Below, piece by piece: positions 29,746 through 39,874 of a DNA stretch of 64,000 nt. Both the position numbers and the translations under genes were made by a program. The DNA is from Myxococcales bacterium. GTDB lineage: Bacteria; Desulfobacterota; Binatia; HRBIN30. Below the pieces are notes generated by a model, which was not told the DNA's origin, made no database searches, and was given only the letters and a program-made list of their open reading frames with translations. Within the stretch, counting starts at the first letter, position 1, and each line of letters opens with the position of its first letter. Location: the NCBI GenBank assembly GCA_037445065.1, contig JBBILD010000004.1:32001-96000 (forward strand), written 5' to 3'.

Positions 29746-30192
29746 ATGAAGGACGCACAAAACCAAGGGCGGCAGGGGGCACCGCCGGTCGTTCGGATCA
29801 CGGCGCTGGACCACTTCGTGTTGCGCGTGCGCGAACTCGAACCTGCGCTCGAGTTTTATCGCGACACGCTCGGCCTGCCGGTGCGTTTTCTCGAAGAATA
29901 CGAGGCCGGGCAGCGCCCGTTCGTGTCGGTGTGCATCGGGGACCAACTCCTGGATCTGGTGCCGGACTCCACCTTTTCGTCTGCGCAACCGGATCGCAGC
30001 AGCGGCTTCCTGCATTTTTGCGTGCGGATCGCCGAGCGCTTGGAAGACGTCGTGCCGCGGCTCAAAGAACGCGGGGTTGCTTTGCTCGAGGAAACCCCCG
30101 TACTGCGCATGGGTGCTGCCGGTATGGGACGCTCGCTCTACGTGCGCGATCCAGACGGCTACGTGGTGGAACTCAAGGAGGACAGAGCGTGA
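29746..30192 (+). CDS. VOC/glyoxalase family protein
   Basis: LDHFVLRV, FYRDTLG, HFC, YVRDPDGYVVEL. Confidence 0.9.
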   Translation: MKDAQNQGRQGAPPVVRITALDHFVLRVRELEPALEFYRDTLGLPVRFLEEYEAGQRPFVSVCIGDQLLDLVPDSTFSSAQPDRSSGFLHFCVRIAERLEDVVPRLKERGVALLEETPVLRMGAAGMGRSLYVRDPDGYVVELKEDRA

Positions 30193-31556
30193 GGCTGGCG
30201 CGCGTCAGTCTTTGGGTGTTGCTTTGCTGCGCCGCCGCTGGATCCGCTCAGCCTGCCCCGAAGCCATTGGCAGACGAAGCCTCGGACCTGCTCCGCCAAT
30301 ATTTGCGAATCGATACGACCAACCCACCGGGAACCGAACTGCCAGCCGCCCAGTTCTGGTACGAACACTTCCGAGCCAACGGCATCGAATCCTATTTGTT
30401 CGAGCCTGTTCCCGGCCGAGCAGGCGTGTGGGCCCGCCTGCCGGGCAAAAAGCGCGGCGCTTTGGTGTTGCTCCATCACCTGGATGTTGTGCCCGCGCGT
30501 GCCGAGGACTGGAGGCACCCGCCGTTTGCCGCCGTGGAGGACAACGGCTTCATTTACGGGCGCGGTGCCCTTGATGCCAAGGGCTTGGGCACGGTGCAAG
30601 CGCTCGCCCTTCTGACCTTGCGCCGGCAGGGCATAGTTCCGCCGCGCGACATGATTTTCTTGGCGACCCCGGATGAAGAGACCGGCGGGCGGCTGGGCGC
30701 GGGCTGGTTCGTGGAACAGCGACTGAGCGAACTCGGGCCGATTGCATTCGTGCTGAACGAAGGGGGACACATTCGCCCTGCTGCTTCGGGTCGACTGGCC
30801 TTCGAAGTTGCAGTATCCGAAAAAGTCCCTTTGTGGCTTCGCTTGACGGCGACCGGCAAAGCAGGGCACGGCTCGGTTCCTCCCCCTGACACTGCCGTGA
30901 CCCGCTTGATTGACGCTTTGGCCCGTCTCCAGCACCGGCCGCGAACCTGGCGCGTTGTCGAACCGGTGCAGGCGTACTTTGCAGCACTGGCCCCGCTCCA
31001 GGTCGGGACGCAACGCGAAGCATTCCTGGACTTGCGCCGCGCACTGCAGGACGACGAGTTTCGCGCCCAATTCCTGCTCGACCCGACCCAATCTGCACTG
31101 GTGCACGACACCTGCACGCCGACGGTGCTGGCGGCGAGCGAAAAGACGAACGTAATCCCAGCTACTGCCAGCGCTGAGGTGGACTGTCGCTTGCTCCCGA
31201 ACACGGATGCAGACCAGTTTTTGGAGGAACTACAGGGGCTCCTGAAGGAATCCGGCGTGCACGTGGAGGTCCTGTTGCGCTTTGCACCGTCGGCGTCGCC
31301 CGCCGACACTGAGCTGTTCCACGCTCTTCAGTCGGTGGCGGAGCGCGAGGGAGGAGTTGTGGTGCCGAGCGTGCTGGCGGGCTTCACCGACAGCCATTAC
31401 TTCCGCGAGCGCGGCATTCCCACGTACGGCTTTGCTCCGTTCGTGCTCACCGATGCGGAACGGCGTACGGTGCACGGCGCGAACGAGCGGATCAGCGTGG
31501 ACAATCTGCGCGCCGGTACCGAGCGCTTGGTGGCGCTCATTCGGGCTCTACCGTGA
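30189..31556 (+). CDS. M20/M25/M40 family metallopeptidase, secreted
   Basis: HHLDVVP, YGRGALDAKG, DEE, GFTD, HGANERI; GTGA overlap with upstream gene. Confidence 0.9.
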   Translation: MRLARVSLWVLLCCAAAGSAQPAPKPLADEASDLLRQYLRIDTTNPPGTELPAAQFWYEHFRANGIESYLFEPVPGRAGVWARLPGKKRGALVLLHHLDVVPARAEDWRHPPFAAVEDNGFIYGRGALDAKGLGTVQALALLTLRRQGIVPPRDMIFLATPDEETGGRLGAGWFVEQRLSELGPIAFVLNEGGHIRPAASGRLAFEVAVSEKVPLWLRLTATGKAGHGSVPPPDTAVTRLIDALARLQHRPRTWRVVEPVQAYFAALAPLQVGTQREAFLDLRRALQDDEFRAQFLLDPTQSALVHDTCTPTVLAASEKTNVIPATASAEVDCRLLPNTDADQFLEELQGLLKESGVHVEVLLRFAPSASPADTELFHALQSVAEREGGVVVPSVLAGFTDSHYFRERGIPTYGFAPFVLTDAERRTVHGANERISVDNLRAGTERLVALIRALP

Positions 31557-32585
31557 GCCGTCCGTCGTCGAGCGGCCGACACGGCTCTGCGAGCGCTCGC
31601 CGCGACCATCGCTCTTTCGCAGTTCACGCAGGGCTTCGATCCACGCTGCGCACAGCAGCGGGAAGAGAATCTCGTGGTGGCCGGTGATGTGGTAACCGCG
31701 CCCATCGGGCTGGGTAGGACGTTGCAGGACGTTCATTTGCGGCCGGTAGTGGCGCAGAAAATCCAAGTTGACGGTCAGCAGCTTGCGGGTGCGGTAGCCG
31801 AGGTTGCGCGCCAAGCTCACTGCTTTGACAAAGACCTCGGGGAGGATCACCGCCGAGCCCAGGAGGAGAAACGCACCTCCCTCCAGGGATGCGGCCAGGC
31901 GCACCAACGTGTGAAAGTCAGCCAGGCTGGCGCGTCCGATCGCGGCTCCGTCCGCACTGGGGTGCATGTGAACAATATCGGTCCCGATGGCCACGTGCAC
32001 CGTGATGGGAATCTCGTAGCGGTGTGCGGCAACGAAGATGCTGTTCTCGCGGTAGGGAAGCTTGGCCGAGGCCATGGCGCGCGCCAGCGCACTTCCGAGT
32101 CCCTCGCCCGCCGCCGCCTGCGCGGCGGCACGGTTGAGAAACTCGGCTGTCTCGCGCGCCATGCCGAAGCGGCCGTCCAACAAGTGCGCGGCGACGTCTT
32201 CGGAAGTGCGGCCCGCAAACGCCAGTTCGAAGTCATGCACCATGGCTGCGCCGTTGACCGCCAAGCCGTCAATCAGCCCGCGCCGCATGAGATCCACGAT
32301 CACGGGGCCGAGGCCGACTTTGATCGGGTGCGCTCCCATGCCGAGCAAGATACATTTCCCGGCGTGGTGCCGGCGAGCCAGTTCGCGTGCGATCGTGCGC
32401 AGATCGGCAGCAGCCAGAAACGAAGGCAGGGAGTCGAGAAAGGACCGTAGCGACTGCCCCACCCGGTACGGCCGCGCCAGCCCATCCACCTGTACCAGAG
32501 AGGGGCGCCGCGACAACGGGAACGTGCGCACCCGCGACAAGTCTATATCCGGAAGAGTTTTTGCGCGCCGCCGTTTTGCGGTCAT
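31548..32585 (-). CDS. Deoxyhypusine-synthase-like protein
   Basis: GAHPIKVG, HDFE, TSEDV, GTDIVHMHP, GSAVILPEVFVK, GHHE; coupled to gmhA. Confidence 0.75.
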   Translation of the reverse strand: MTAKRRRAKTLPDIDLSRVRTFPLSRRPSLVQVDGLARPYRVGQSLRSFLDSLPSFLAAADLRTIARELARRHHAGKCILLGMGAHPIKVGLGPVIVDLMRRGLIDGLAVNGAAMVHDFELAFAGRTSEDVAAHLLDGRFGMARETAEFLNRAAAQAAAGEGLGSALARAMASAKLPYRENSIFVAAHRYEIPITVHVAIGTDIVHMHPSADGAAIGRASLADFHTLVRLAASLEGGAFLLLGSAVILPEVFVKAVSLARNLGYRTRKLLTVNLDFLRHYRPQMNVLQRPTQPDGRGYHITGHHEILFPLLCAAWIEALRELRKSDGRGERSQSRVGRSTTDGSR

Positions 32586-33166
32586 CAAGCTGGCTCCGGG
32601 AACAAGCGCGATTCGACCAAGTCGCACAAGGTATGGGCGACGACGATGTGCGTTTCTTGGATGCGGGCCGTCTCCCGCGTGGCGCTCGCGCAGAGGACCA
32701 AGTCCGCAAGCTGGGCCAGCTTGCCACCGTCACCGCCAGTGAGAGCGATCGAGTAGATCCCCATGGCCCGGCACTGCCGTACCGCGCGCAACACGTTTGC
32801 CGCATTGCCACTGGTGGAGATGGCCAGCGCCACATCGCCGTTCTTGCCGAGCGCCCGCACTTGTTTGGCGAACACGTCGGCAAAGCTGTAGTCGTTGGCG
32901 ATACTGGTCAGAGCCGAGGTGTCGGTCGTGAGGGCAATGGCGGCCAGTGGCGGACGCTCGCGTACGAACCGGTTGACCAACTCGGCGGCGATGTGCTGAG
33001 CGTCGGCGGCGCTTCCTCCGTTGCCGAACACGAGCAGTTTGTTGCCCGCGCGCAGGGCATCTGCAATGCGTTCGGCCGCTTCCACCAACCGCCGCGCGTT
33101 GTCGCGCAGAAAGGCGCGTTTGACGCGGATGCTTTCCGCAAAAATCTCTCGCACGCGGGCTTGCAC
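32585..33166 (-). CDS. gmhA: D-sedoheptulose 7-phosphate isomerase
   Basis: GNGGSAADAQH, ANDY, ISTSGN, RIQETH. Confidence 0.95.
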   Translation of the reverse strand: MQARVREIFAESIRVKRAFLRDNARRLVEAAERIADALRAGNKLLVFGNGGSAADAQHIAAELVNRFVRERPPLAAIALTTDTSALTSIANDYSFADVFAKQVRALGKNGDVALAISTSGNAANVLRAVRQCRAMGIYSIALTGGDGGKLAQLADLVLCASATRETARIQETHIVVAHTLCDLVESRLFPEPA

Positions 33167-33250
33167 GGCGCGCTGCTATAGCGCAGCCTGCCGGGCAGAA
33201 CCAAGCTGGGTAGCCAGAGCGCGAGAAACTACGAAGTGAGGGAACGCAGC

Positions 33251-34447
33251 ATGCGTGTTGGAGCGGGAAGAGCCGTGCTGGTTGGTTTGCTCCTTCATGT
33301 GGGTTGGCCGCAGCGCAGCGTGGCTGACTCTGTCTGTGTTTTCGACTGCGACCGGAGCGGGGAGCTCAGTAGCGAGGAACTCGCCCGGGCGCGGGCAGCG
33401 TTGTTCGACCCGCAGGTGACTGCGGACTGCGGGGACAGACCAGTTCAAAGCGAGCCGCGTGTAGCGGAATTGGTGGAGGCAGTGGCCACGGCCGTACTGG
33501 AGCAGCCGCTGTGCGGGGCCGGGGCCCGCAGCCGTTGGGTACGCTTGCCCCCGCTCGCTTCCGGGCCGCGGCAAGAGGTGGGCGTGGCCGCGTTGCGCGG
33601 GGAGATTTTTGTGGTGGGTGGGATCACGCCAACTGGAGTCGGGGTCACCCTGGTGGAGGCGTTCGACCCCGAGGCGAATCGGTGGCGGCGGGTGGTGGAT
33701 CTCCCGCGGCCGGTGCATCACGTAGCCGTAGCCAGCGACAATGCGGCTTTGTACGTGGTCGGCGGGTTTGCGGCTCCAGGGTTTCGCCCGGTGGCGGATG
33801 TGTACCGTTACGACCCCGATGCGAATCTGTGGCAAACCCTGCCTCCGCTGCCGCGCGCGCTCGGTGCAGCCGCGGCGGCGATTTGCTCCGCGCGCCTTCA
33901 TGTTGTCGGGGGAAGTTCGGGCAGCGGGTCGGTGGCTGACCATTTCGTGTACGATCTGGTGCGCGGGGAGTGGTCGAGTGCGGCAGCGCTGCCGGTGGCG
34001 GTGAATCACCTGGCCGCAGTGGCGTGGGAAGGAACACTGTACGTTGTCGGCGGCCGCCGCGACGGCAGTGGCCTACAAAATCACGCTGGGTTTTACCGGT
34101 ATGACGCTGAGCAGGACCAATGGTTGCCTGAGCCGCCCCTGCCGACGGCGCGCAGCGGGCACGCTGCCGCCGTGCTGGGTAACTGGCTTGCGGTGTTCGG
34201 AGGCGAGGTCGCGCTCGTGCATCCTCCTGAGCTCGTGTACCCGCACGTCGAGGTGTACGACTTTCTCTCGGGGAGGTGGCTCTCGGACTTGCCCATGCCG
34301 GTTCCGCGCCATGGATTCGGTGCGGCGGAGCTGGGCGGCCGTTTGTACCTGCCAGGAGGTGCAACCCGCGCTGGTTTGGGAGAAACGGCTTGGGCCGACG
34401 CCTGGGAGGTCGAGGCGGAAAGTTTTGCGCAGGTGACTGTTGATTGA
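33251..34447 (+). CDS. Secreted Kelch-repeat protein with degenerate N-terminal dockerin-like loop
   Basis: CVFDCDRSGELSSEEL; about six Kelch repeats (VVGG...YD...W). Confidence 0.82.
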   Translation: MRVGAGRAVLVGLLLHVGWPQRSVADSVCVFDCDRSGELSSEELARARAALFDPQVTADCGDRPVQSEPRVAELVEAVATAVLEQPLCGAGARSRWVRLPPLASGPRQEVGVAALRGEIFVVGGITPTGVGVTLVEAFDPEANRWRRVVDLPRPVHHVAVASDNAALYVVGGFAAPGFRPVADVYRYDPDANLWQTLPPLPRALGAAAAAICSARLHVVGGSSGSGSVADHFVYDLVRGEWSSAAALPVAVNHLAAVAWEGTLYVVGGRRDGSGLQNHAGFYRYDAEQDQWLPEPPLPTARSGHAAAVLGNWLAVFGGEVALVHPPELVYPHVEVYDFLSGRWLSDLPMPVPRHGFGAAELGGRLYLPGGATRAGLGETAWADAWEVEAESFAQVTVD

Positions 34448-34513
34448 AAGCGCCACCGTGACCCCTTGCCGCAGTTCAGGGGAAGGGCTGACTCTTCGTT
34501 GTTGGGCGCAAAC

Positions 34514-35731
34514 TCAGCGAGAAGCTCGCGGCTTTGCTTTCTTGCTGGAGCGCGCAGGGTTCGCCGCCTTTTGCCGTGCGCCCGGTTTTTGGGATGCAGC
34601 AGCCACCCGCATGACCTTCGCGCCTCGAGGTGGGGCCGGAGCAAGCCTGTTTTTTGCTTTCCCCTGTGCCGCCGGGGCGCTCGGGCGGCACACAGTACGC
34701 CTGCCCCGGCGGGAGCAACGCTTCGTCGGAGGTGGGAGCGCGATCCGGCGCAATGCCGCCAGTTCGGACTGGGTCAGCGACGCGTAGGCGCGTTCGACCC
34801 GTGGTTTGGTTCCATCCGGCACGCGGATTGTGTAGCCGCCGGGAGGCACCACACCGCGGATCAGCGCCGGATTGAGTTCCTTCACCTCTTCGAGACTTGT
34901 CCCGGCCCAACGCGCCACCGTGGAAAGCGGCATCGGATCGGCAATGGAAACGAGGTCGTAGCTCAGGCTCTCTTTGCGTGGGGGAGAGAAGCCGTAGGCT
35001 TCGGGATGGGAGGCGATTTGCAGAGCAGCGAGGAAGCCGGGCACGTAGTCCCGAGTTTCGCGGAACAAGTAGCCGCGTTCGCTCAGCTCCCAAAAGTCTC
35101 CCGCATCCGAGGTGTTCAGCAGCCGTGCGATCCGGTTTTCTCCGGTGTTGTACGCTGCCAGACTCAGATGCCAGTCGTTGAACATCCCGTACAGGTCCTT
35201 CAGGTACTGCGCGGCTGCTTTGGTGGATTTGATCGGATCGCGCCGCTCGTCCACGAACGAATCAATCCGCAAGCCGTAACGGCGTCCCGTATCCGGGATA
35301 AATTGCCACAGCCCGACTGCGCGTGCGGGCGACACGGCGTGTGGCTGGAAGCCGCTTTCGATCAAGGGCAGGTACGCCAGCTCGGTCGGCACGCCCTCTT
35401 TGCGCAAGATGGATTCGATCCGTGGCAGGTAGCGGCCGCTGCGTTCGAGGGCGCGGCCGTAAAATCCTCGCAGCTCGGTTTGGAACTTACTGACAAAATC
35501 ATTCACCCGCGGGTGGTCGAAGCGCAACCCTAAGTGATCACCCTGGCGGCGCTTCCCTAGTTTCCCTCCCAAACCGTACTGCTCGGGCAGGGTCAGAGGC
35601 GGAGCAGTCTTTGCAGTTTGCCATTGCCACCAGTGCTTCTCTTCGTCCGCGGGGCGCCGGAATGCACTGCAACCGCTGACGATCGCACACCCGAGAACCA
35701 CAACGATGATCGCCGGCGTTGTTCTTCGCAC
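34514..35731 (-). CDS. Lytic transglycosylase lipoprotein (MltD-like)
   Basis: Lipobox VSGC; IESGF, AVGLWQF, AAYNTG, ETRDYVP, LNPAL. Confidence 0.9.
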   Translation of the reverse strand: MRRTTPAIIVVVLGCAIVSGCSAFRRPADEEKHWWQWQTAKTAPPLTLPEQYGLGGKLGKRRQGDHLGLRFDHPRVNDFVSKFQTELRGFYGRALERSGRYLPRIESILRKEGVPTELAYLPLIESGFQPHAVSPARAVGLWQFIPDTGRRYGLRIDSFVDERRDPIKSTKAAAQYLKDLYGMFNDWHLSLAAYNTGENRIARLLNTSDAGDFWELSERGYLFRETRDYVPGFLAALQIASHPEAYGFSPPRKESLSYDLVSIADPMPLSTVARWAGTSLEEVKELNPALIRGVVPPGGYTIRVPDGTKPRVERAYASLTQSELAALRRIALPPPTKRCSRRGRRTVCRPSAPAAQGKAKNRLAPAPPRGAKVMRVAAASQKPGARQKAANPARSSKKAKPRASR

Positions 35732-36157
35732 CGAACGTCCTCCCCGTCCTCCTTTTTCGAGCAGCGCGCCGGCGACGCAGGTCGGAGCCGCCGGGGTGCA
35801 AACGGTCTTACACTGCCTTCAACCTCCCGCCCGGGTCATGTCGGCACCCGCCAGCAGCGAGCCACAAGCCTGCAGCGGGAAGACTGCAGAGAAAAACGCA
35901 TCCGTTTTTTGCCGCTCCCGCTGCGGCCGCACCCAAGCGAAACCACACATCATTCCGCACAACCTACAACCAAATGTGCGGCCGCTCGTATCACGCATGG
36001 CACCTTGGATCAACCCAAAGTCGTGCCTTTGCAGAGCCCAGGTTTGGCTGGTTTGTTGTTGCACCGGGATGCCGGCGAGGGGGGAGGTGGTGGAACGGAA
36101 GCAAGAGCCGGCCGTTCTGCCCGCGAGAACACGGGCGGGGTTTGCGCGCGAACGAAA

Positions 36158-36331
36158 TCAGCTACCGCGGCTCAGCTTCTCGATCAAAGCGCGGGTCAAC
36201 GCTTCCTCGTCTTGCAGTTGTTTCTTGAAGTCGCGCGTTGCTGCCTTGTGGATCTCATGCGACAGCTCGAGCGCGTGACGTTCGAGCAACCGGATGAGAA
36301 ACTGCCTTTCTTTTTCTTCGAGTTGCATCAT
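36158..36331 (-). CDS. Small helical hypothetical protein (57 aa)
   Basis: MMQLEEKERQFLIRLLERHALELSHEIHK...; natural-looking composition at the 3' end of a shadow ORF. Confidence 0.6.
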   Translation of the reverse strand: MMQLEEKERQFLIRLLERHALELSHEIHKAATRDFKKQLQDEEALTRALIEKLSRGS

Positions 36332-36387
36332 GCGTGCATCCGATCCGTAGCTTCGTCTATCCGAAGTCGAGGGAAACTGTAAAGCGC

Positions 36388-37476
36388 TCAGGCGCGGGCG
36401 CTTTGACCCGGAGAGGTCTCCAGGTGGGCGCCCTGTACCCGCACGCGCGGGCGATACGAGGCATCGCGCATCAGGTAGAAGACCCCGCCGCTCAAGGTGG
36501 GAGCCTCCGCAACCCAGAAACCCAGCGCGGCCGAGAGGATCGAAGACTCGGCACCGATGCGGTGTGCGAGCAAAAGGGCTTGCACGATTTCGCGCACCCC
36601 CTCGCCCGCAATCGTAAACGGACTCATCACGGTGGCGAAGATTTGAATCGTGGAGGCGAACGCCACTTCCCAAAACGCCGCGTGGTGCGCCCCGACCGCG
36701 ATGGCGGTAAAGAAATACGTGACCGCCGTGAAGAAATGCACGCCAAGGCTCAACAGCGCTGCCGCGATCAGTAGCCATGGCTGGCCGCGGTAGGCAGCAG
36801 CGGCCTGATGGAGGCGGGTGAGAAACCCGCCGATTCTCCCGCTCCGCTGCAGGGGCAGGCGTTCGAGCAAGGTGCCGAAGAGGACAGGATGGAGCAGGAC
36901 GAGGAAGAAAGCGCAGGTAACAATGAGCGCCAGCGGGATGGTGACCACTCCCACGATTGCTGCCCGCTCTCCGAGCAGCGAGTGGCCGAGCGGGAAGGTA
37001 ACGAGGAAGCACAGAAAGATCCCAATGAGCCCCATCCCTTTTTCCAACACCGTGGCTGCCGCCGCCTCCACGGTGCGGCCCGAGTAGCGGGCAGCGTCGT
37101 AAAGCTTGTAGCCATCGAGGCCGATGGTCGAGGGCAGAAACGTACCGAGGAAGCGCCCGATGAGGAAGGTGGTGACGATGTGCCAGGCGGGGAAGAAAAT
37201 GCCCTGGCCGCGGAGCAGCACTGCCCAGCGCGTCATGGAGCAGGCCACCCCACAAGCGCGAACCACAAACGCAATGAGCGAGAAGCGCCAAAAGACGTCC
37301 CACTCGATGCGCGGCAAGTAATCCAAAATAGCTTGCAAGGCGACCACGCGCGCGCCGTCCGAAGTGCGCACAGGGTGCTGCAGTAACAGGTAAAACGCAC
37401 CCGCGGTAACGGCGAGTTTGAGGGTAAACGACAGGACGCTACGCCAGCGAGGGCGAGTGCTGGCGGGGGCCGTCAC
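36388..37476 (-). CDS. Lysylphosphatidylglycerol-synthase TM / flippase-like (UPF0104) membrane protein
   Basis: RWAVLL, FLPSTIGLD, GEGVRE; multiple TM helices. Confidence 0.82.
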   Translation of the reverse strand: MTAPASTRPRWRSVLSFTLKLAVTAGAFYLLLQHPVRTSDGARVVALQAILDYLPRIEWDVFWRFSLIAFVVRACGVACSMTRWAVLLRGQGIFFPAWHIVTTFLIGRFLGTFLPSTIGLDGYKLYDAARYSGRTVEAAAATVLEKGMGLIGIFLCFLVTFPLGHSLLGERAAIVGVVTIPLALIVTCAFFLVLLHPVLFGTLLERLPLQRSGRIGGFLTRLHQAAAAYRGQPWLLIAAALLSLGVHFFTAVTYFFTAIAVGAHHAAFWEVAFASTIQIFATVMSPFTIAGEGVREIVQALLLAHRIGAESSILSAALGFWVAEAPTLSGGVFYLMRDASYRPRVRVQGAHLETSPGQSARA

Positions 37477-38129
37477 GGCGCACCCCCCCGCTTTTGTTCC
37501 AGTTGGCGGACGCGGAATTCGATTTTACGAAGTCGTTCTTCGATGTCTCGCCAGCGTGCTTGGTCGTCTCCCGCGCCGCTTCCTCCCGTGGCCTCCGCTT
37601 CCTGCTGCGCGGAGGGGGCGGAGGCGCGGCTCTCTAAGGCTTCCAAGCGTTGTTCCAAGGAGCGGATGCGCTCCGTCTGGGCAGGCGGTGCGGCCGCTTC
37701 GCCGATCGGGTTTGCGGTGCCCGTGCCCAGCACAAGCAGGTTTGCTGGATCGCGAACGATCATTTCTAGCCTGCCGCGGAACTCGCGAATCTTGCCGCTC
37801 ACGCGAATCGTTTTGCCGGGGTAAACCTGTTCTGCGTCGGCGGGAAAGCGGTGCAGCAACCCTTCGACCAGGGAGACTTGCAAAGTATGGGGTGCTTGGC
37901 CGATTTGGAGTTCGACCACGTTGCCGCGCCGTCGTGCGGTTTGTACGGGAGCTTCGACCGTCACCTCACGGCCCGTATAAAACCCAGCCACGCTGGGGTC
38001 GATGAGAGGCGGTTGCGCAAGGGCCGGCTGCGTTCCCAGCCCATGAGATTGGAGGAGGACGGCTGTACCCACGATCCGCACCGCCCTCAGCAGGCGGTGA
38101 CCGCGCGTCGGGCTAGAGCTTGAACTCAC
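37473..38129 (-). CDS. Exported protein with OB-fold-like domain and C-terminal coiled coil
   Basis: GREVTVE, YPGKTIRVSGKIREFRGRLEM; GAGGAGG RBS before GTG 38129; start uncertain. Confidence 0.65.
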   Translation of the reverse strand: MSSSSSPTRGHRLLRAVRIVGTAVLLQSHGLGTQPALAQPPLIDPSVAGFYTGREVTVEAPVQTARRRGNVVELQIGQAPHTLQVSLVEGLLHRFPADAEQVYPGKTIRVSGKIREFRGRLEMIVRDPANLLVLGTGTANPIGEAAAPPAQTERIRSLEQRLEALESRASAPSAQQEAEATGGSGAGDDQARWRDIEERLRKIEFRVRQLEQKRGGAP

Positions 38130-38280
38130 GTTCTCCCTCCTCGTCATTGGCGGGTGGCGCAAGCTCATTGAGCTTGCGGAAGACGACCTCGATGAGTTTA
38201 TCCAGCCGCCGGTATTCGCCAGAACGAGCCGCGGCACGAGCGACACTGACTGCCAGCCGGAGTTTTTCGTCTCTGGTCAT
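38113..38280 (-). CDS. Small hypothetical protein (55 aa), not in the ORF track
   Basis: AGGAGG RBS; MTRDEKLRLAVSVARAAARSGEYRRLDKLIEVVFRKLNELAPPANDEEGEREFKL*. Confidence 0.65.
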   Translation of the reverse strand: MTRDEKLRLAVSVARAAARSGEYRRLDKLIEVVFRKLNELAPPANDEEGEREFKL

Positions 38281-38451
38281 CGGCAACGAACCTCCTAATC
38301 CCGGCGGGCCTTATAGCGAGCGTTGCCGAGCTTGTCGCGAAAGCCCAGCGTTTGCCTGTGCCGAGCGCCAGTGGTAGGGTCGTTGTACCTTCGCCAGGAG
38401 GGTCGGTCGAGGTCGAGCCGGTGGGGGTGCGAAGCCGAAAGGAGCAGCGCA

Positions 38452-38628
38452 ATGGCAGGCGGTAGGACATTCAAACGAGATCAAAAGCGGCGCAAAGAGA
38501 TGGAGCGAAAACTCCGCCAAGAAGAAAAAATGCGCAAGCGCCTGCAGCGGCGAGAGGAAAAGAAACTCGGAATCGTCAAACAGGAAGAGGAAATTCCGCT
38601 CCCTACGCCTCCAGTGGAAGTGTCCTGA
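38452..38628 (+). CDS. Small highly charged protein (58 aa)
   Basis: AAGGAG RBS; K/R/E-rich helix MAGGRTFKRDQKRRKEMERKLRQEEK. Confidence 0.65.
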   Translation: MAGGRTFKRDQKRRKEMERKLRQEEKMRKRLQRREEKKLGIVKQEEEIPLPTPPVEVS

Positions 38629-38710
38629 AAACTGCCCGCGGTAGGTTGCGGAAACTGGACTCGAGCGCGCTGGCAGGGCAGTTGTTCTGAGGAGGGTGAC
38701 CCGGCGCTGG

Positions 38711-39874
38711 CTAGCGAATCTCGTAGTGGTACCCGACGTCAACGCGGCCGATTTTTGCGCACTCCGCGCCGGGTAGCCCCGCTACGCAACCGGGCGGGCA
38801 ACAACCCTCGCCGATACAATCCGCCTTGTTGTCGGTTTGCGTAGTACGCTGCCGCAGGTGCTCGAGAAGTGTTGGGTCAATGGCATCGTCGCCAGCATCG
38901 AGTACGACGCTGCCCCCGACGCATTCGTCCGTGGTTCCCGGGATGCGAAAGCCGTCTTGCGTTCCAGGTGAGCGCCAGAAGGGATCGTCAGCAAAATCAT
39001 CGGGCCCAGCCACTTCCGAGGGCTGGTAGCCGTCGCGGTTCAAATTGAAGTTCGAATCGAAGCCAACTGTGGTCGGGTCCACGAGAATACCCGGCAGGCG
39101 GTTGGCAACAAAGATGTTGTTGCGCACGAAGAAGTTGACAGACGGCAGCAGGTTGTCGCCGACCACGAGCCCACCGCCGCGATTGCCGTATACCGTGTGG
39201 TTGATCACCTGCACCCCGTCGCTACCCACGCAAAAAACCCCTGCTCCGTTGTTGTTGAACACGAGGTTGTTCCACAGGCGTACCCCTGCGGAGCGAACCA
39301 CCCGCAGGCCGTCGCGCTGATTGTCGGTGGCGATGAAGTCGCGCACAGTGACGTTGTTGCTGTCACGGATTTCAATGCCGGCTACCACGCCGCCTCGGAC
39401 CGTAAAGCCGCTCAGGGTGAGGTCGCTTACCCCCTGCAAGGTGATCGCCGCGGCCTGATTTCCCGCATTGATCACGACGTTGCCTGCAGGCAGACCGGTG
39501 ATCGCACCGGACGTGTCGGCGAGGATCGTGAGCGGTCCTGCGAGGTCTGCCGCAGTGATGGTCAGTGCGGGGTATACCCCAGCCGGCACCGCAACCACTG
39601 AACCCGGAGGGGCACTCCGGATCACTGCCAGCAAATCGGTTCCACCTGGCGTGGGTTGCACCTGCACCGCGGTCGCTGTGGGGATCGGAGTGGGTGGGAC
39701 GGGCGGAGATGTCGGCGTGAAGGTGGGCTCACCCGGGCGCAAGGTGCGCGTGGGCGTGCGCGTCGCCGTGCCGCTCGGCCCGCCTCCTCCGTCGCCCCCG
39801 CCACCGCAGCCAGCGGCAAGCAGCCCCGCGACTGCTGCGGCCAGAAGTCCGATCCCGTATCGTCGTCCTCGCAT
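38711..39874 (-). CDS. Lipoprotein with right-handed parallel beta-helix (pectin lyase-like) domain
   Basis: Lipobox LAAGC, Pro/Thr linker, beta-helix repeats (NNLVFNN, NHTVYGN, NNIFVAN). Confidence 0.85.
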   Translation of the reverse strand: MRGRRYGIGLLAAAVAGLLAAGCGGGGDGGGGPSGTATRTPTRTLRPGEPTFTPTSPPVPPTPIPTATAVQVQPTPGGTDLLAVIRSAPPGSVVAVPAGVYPALTITAADLAGPLTILADTSGAITGLPAGNVVINAGNQAAAITLQGVSDLTLSGFTVRGGVVAGIEIRDSNNVTVRDFIATDNQRDGLRVVRSAGVRLWNNLVFNNNGAGVFCVGSDGVQVINHTVYGNRGGGLVVGDNLLPSVNFFVRNNIFVANRLPGILVDPTTVGFDSNFNLNRDGYQPSEVAGPDDFADDPFWRSPGTQDGFRIPGTTDECVGGSVVLDAGDDAIDPTLLEHLRQRTTQTDNKADCIGEGCCPPGCVAGLPGAECAKIGRVDVGYHYEIR

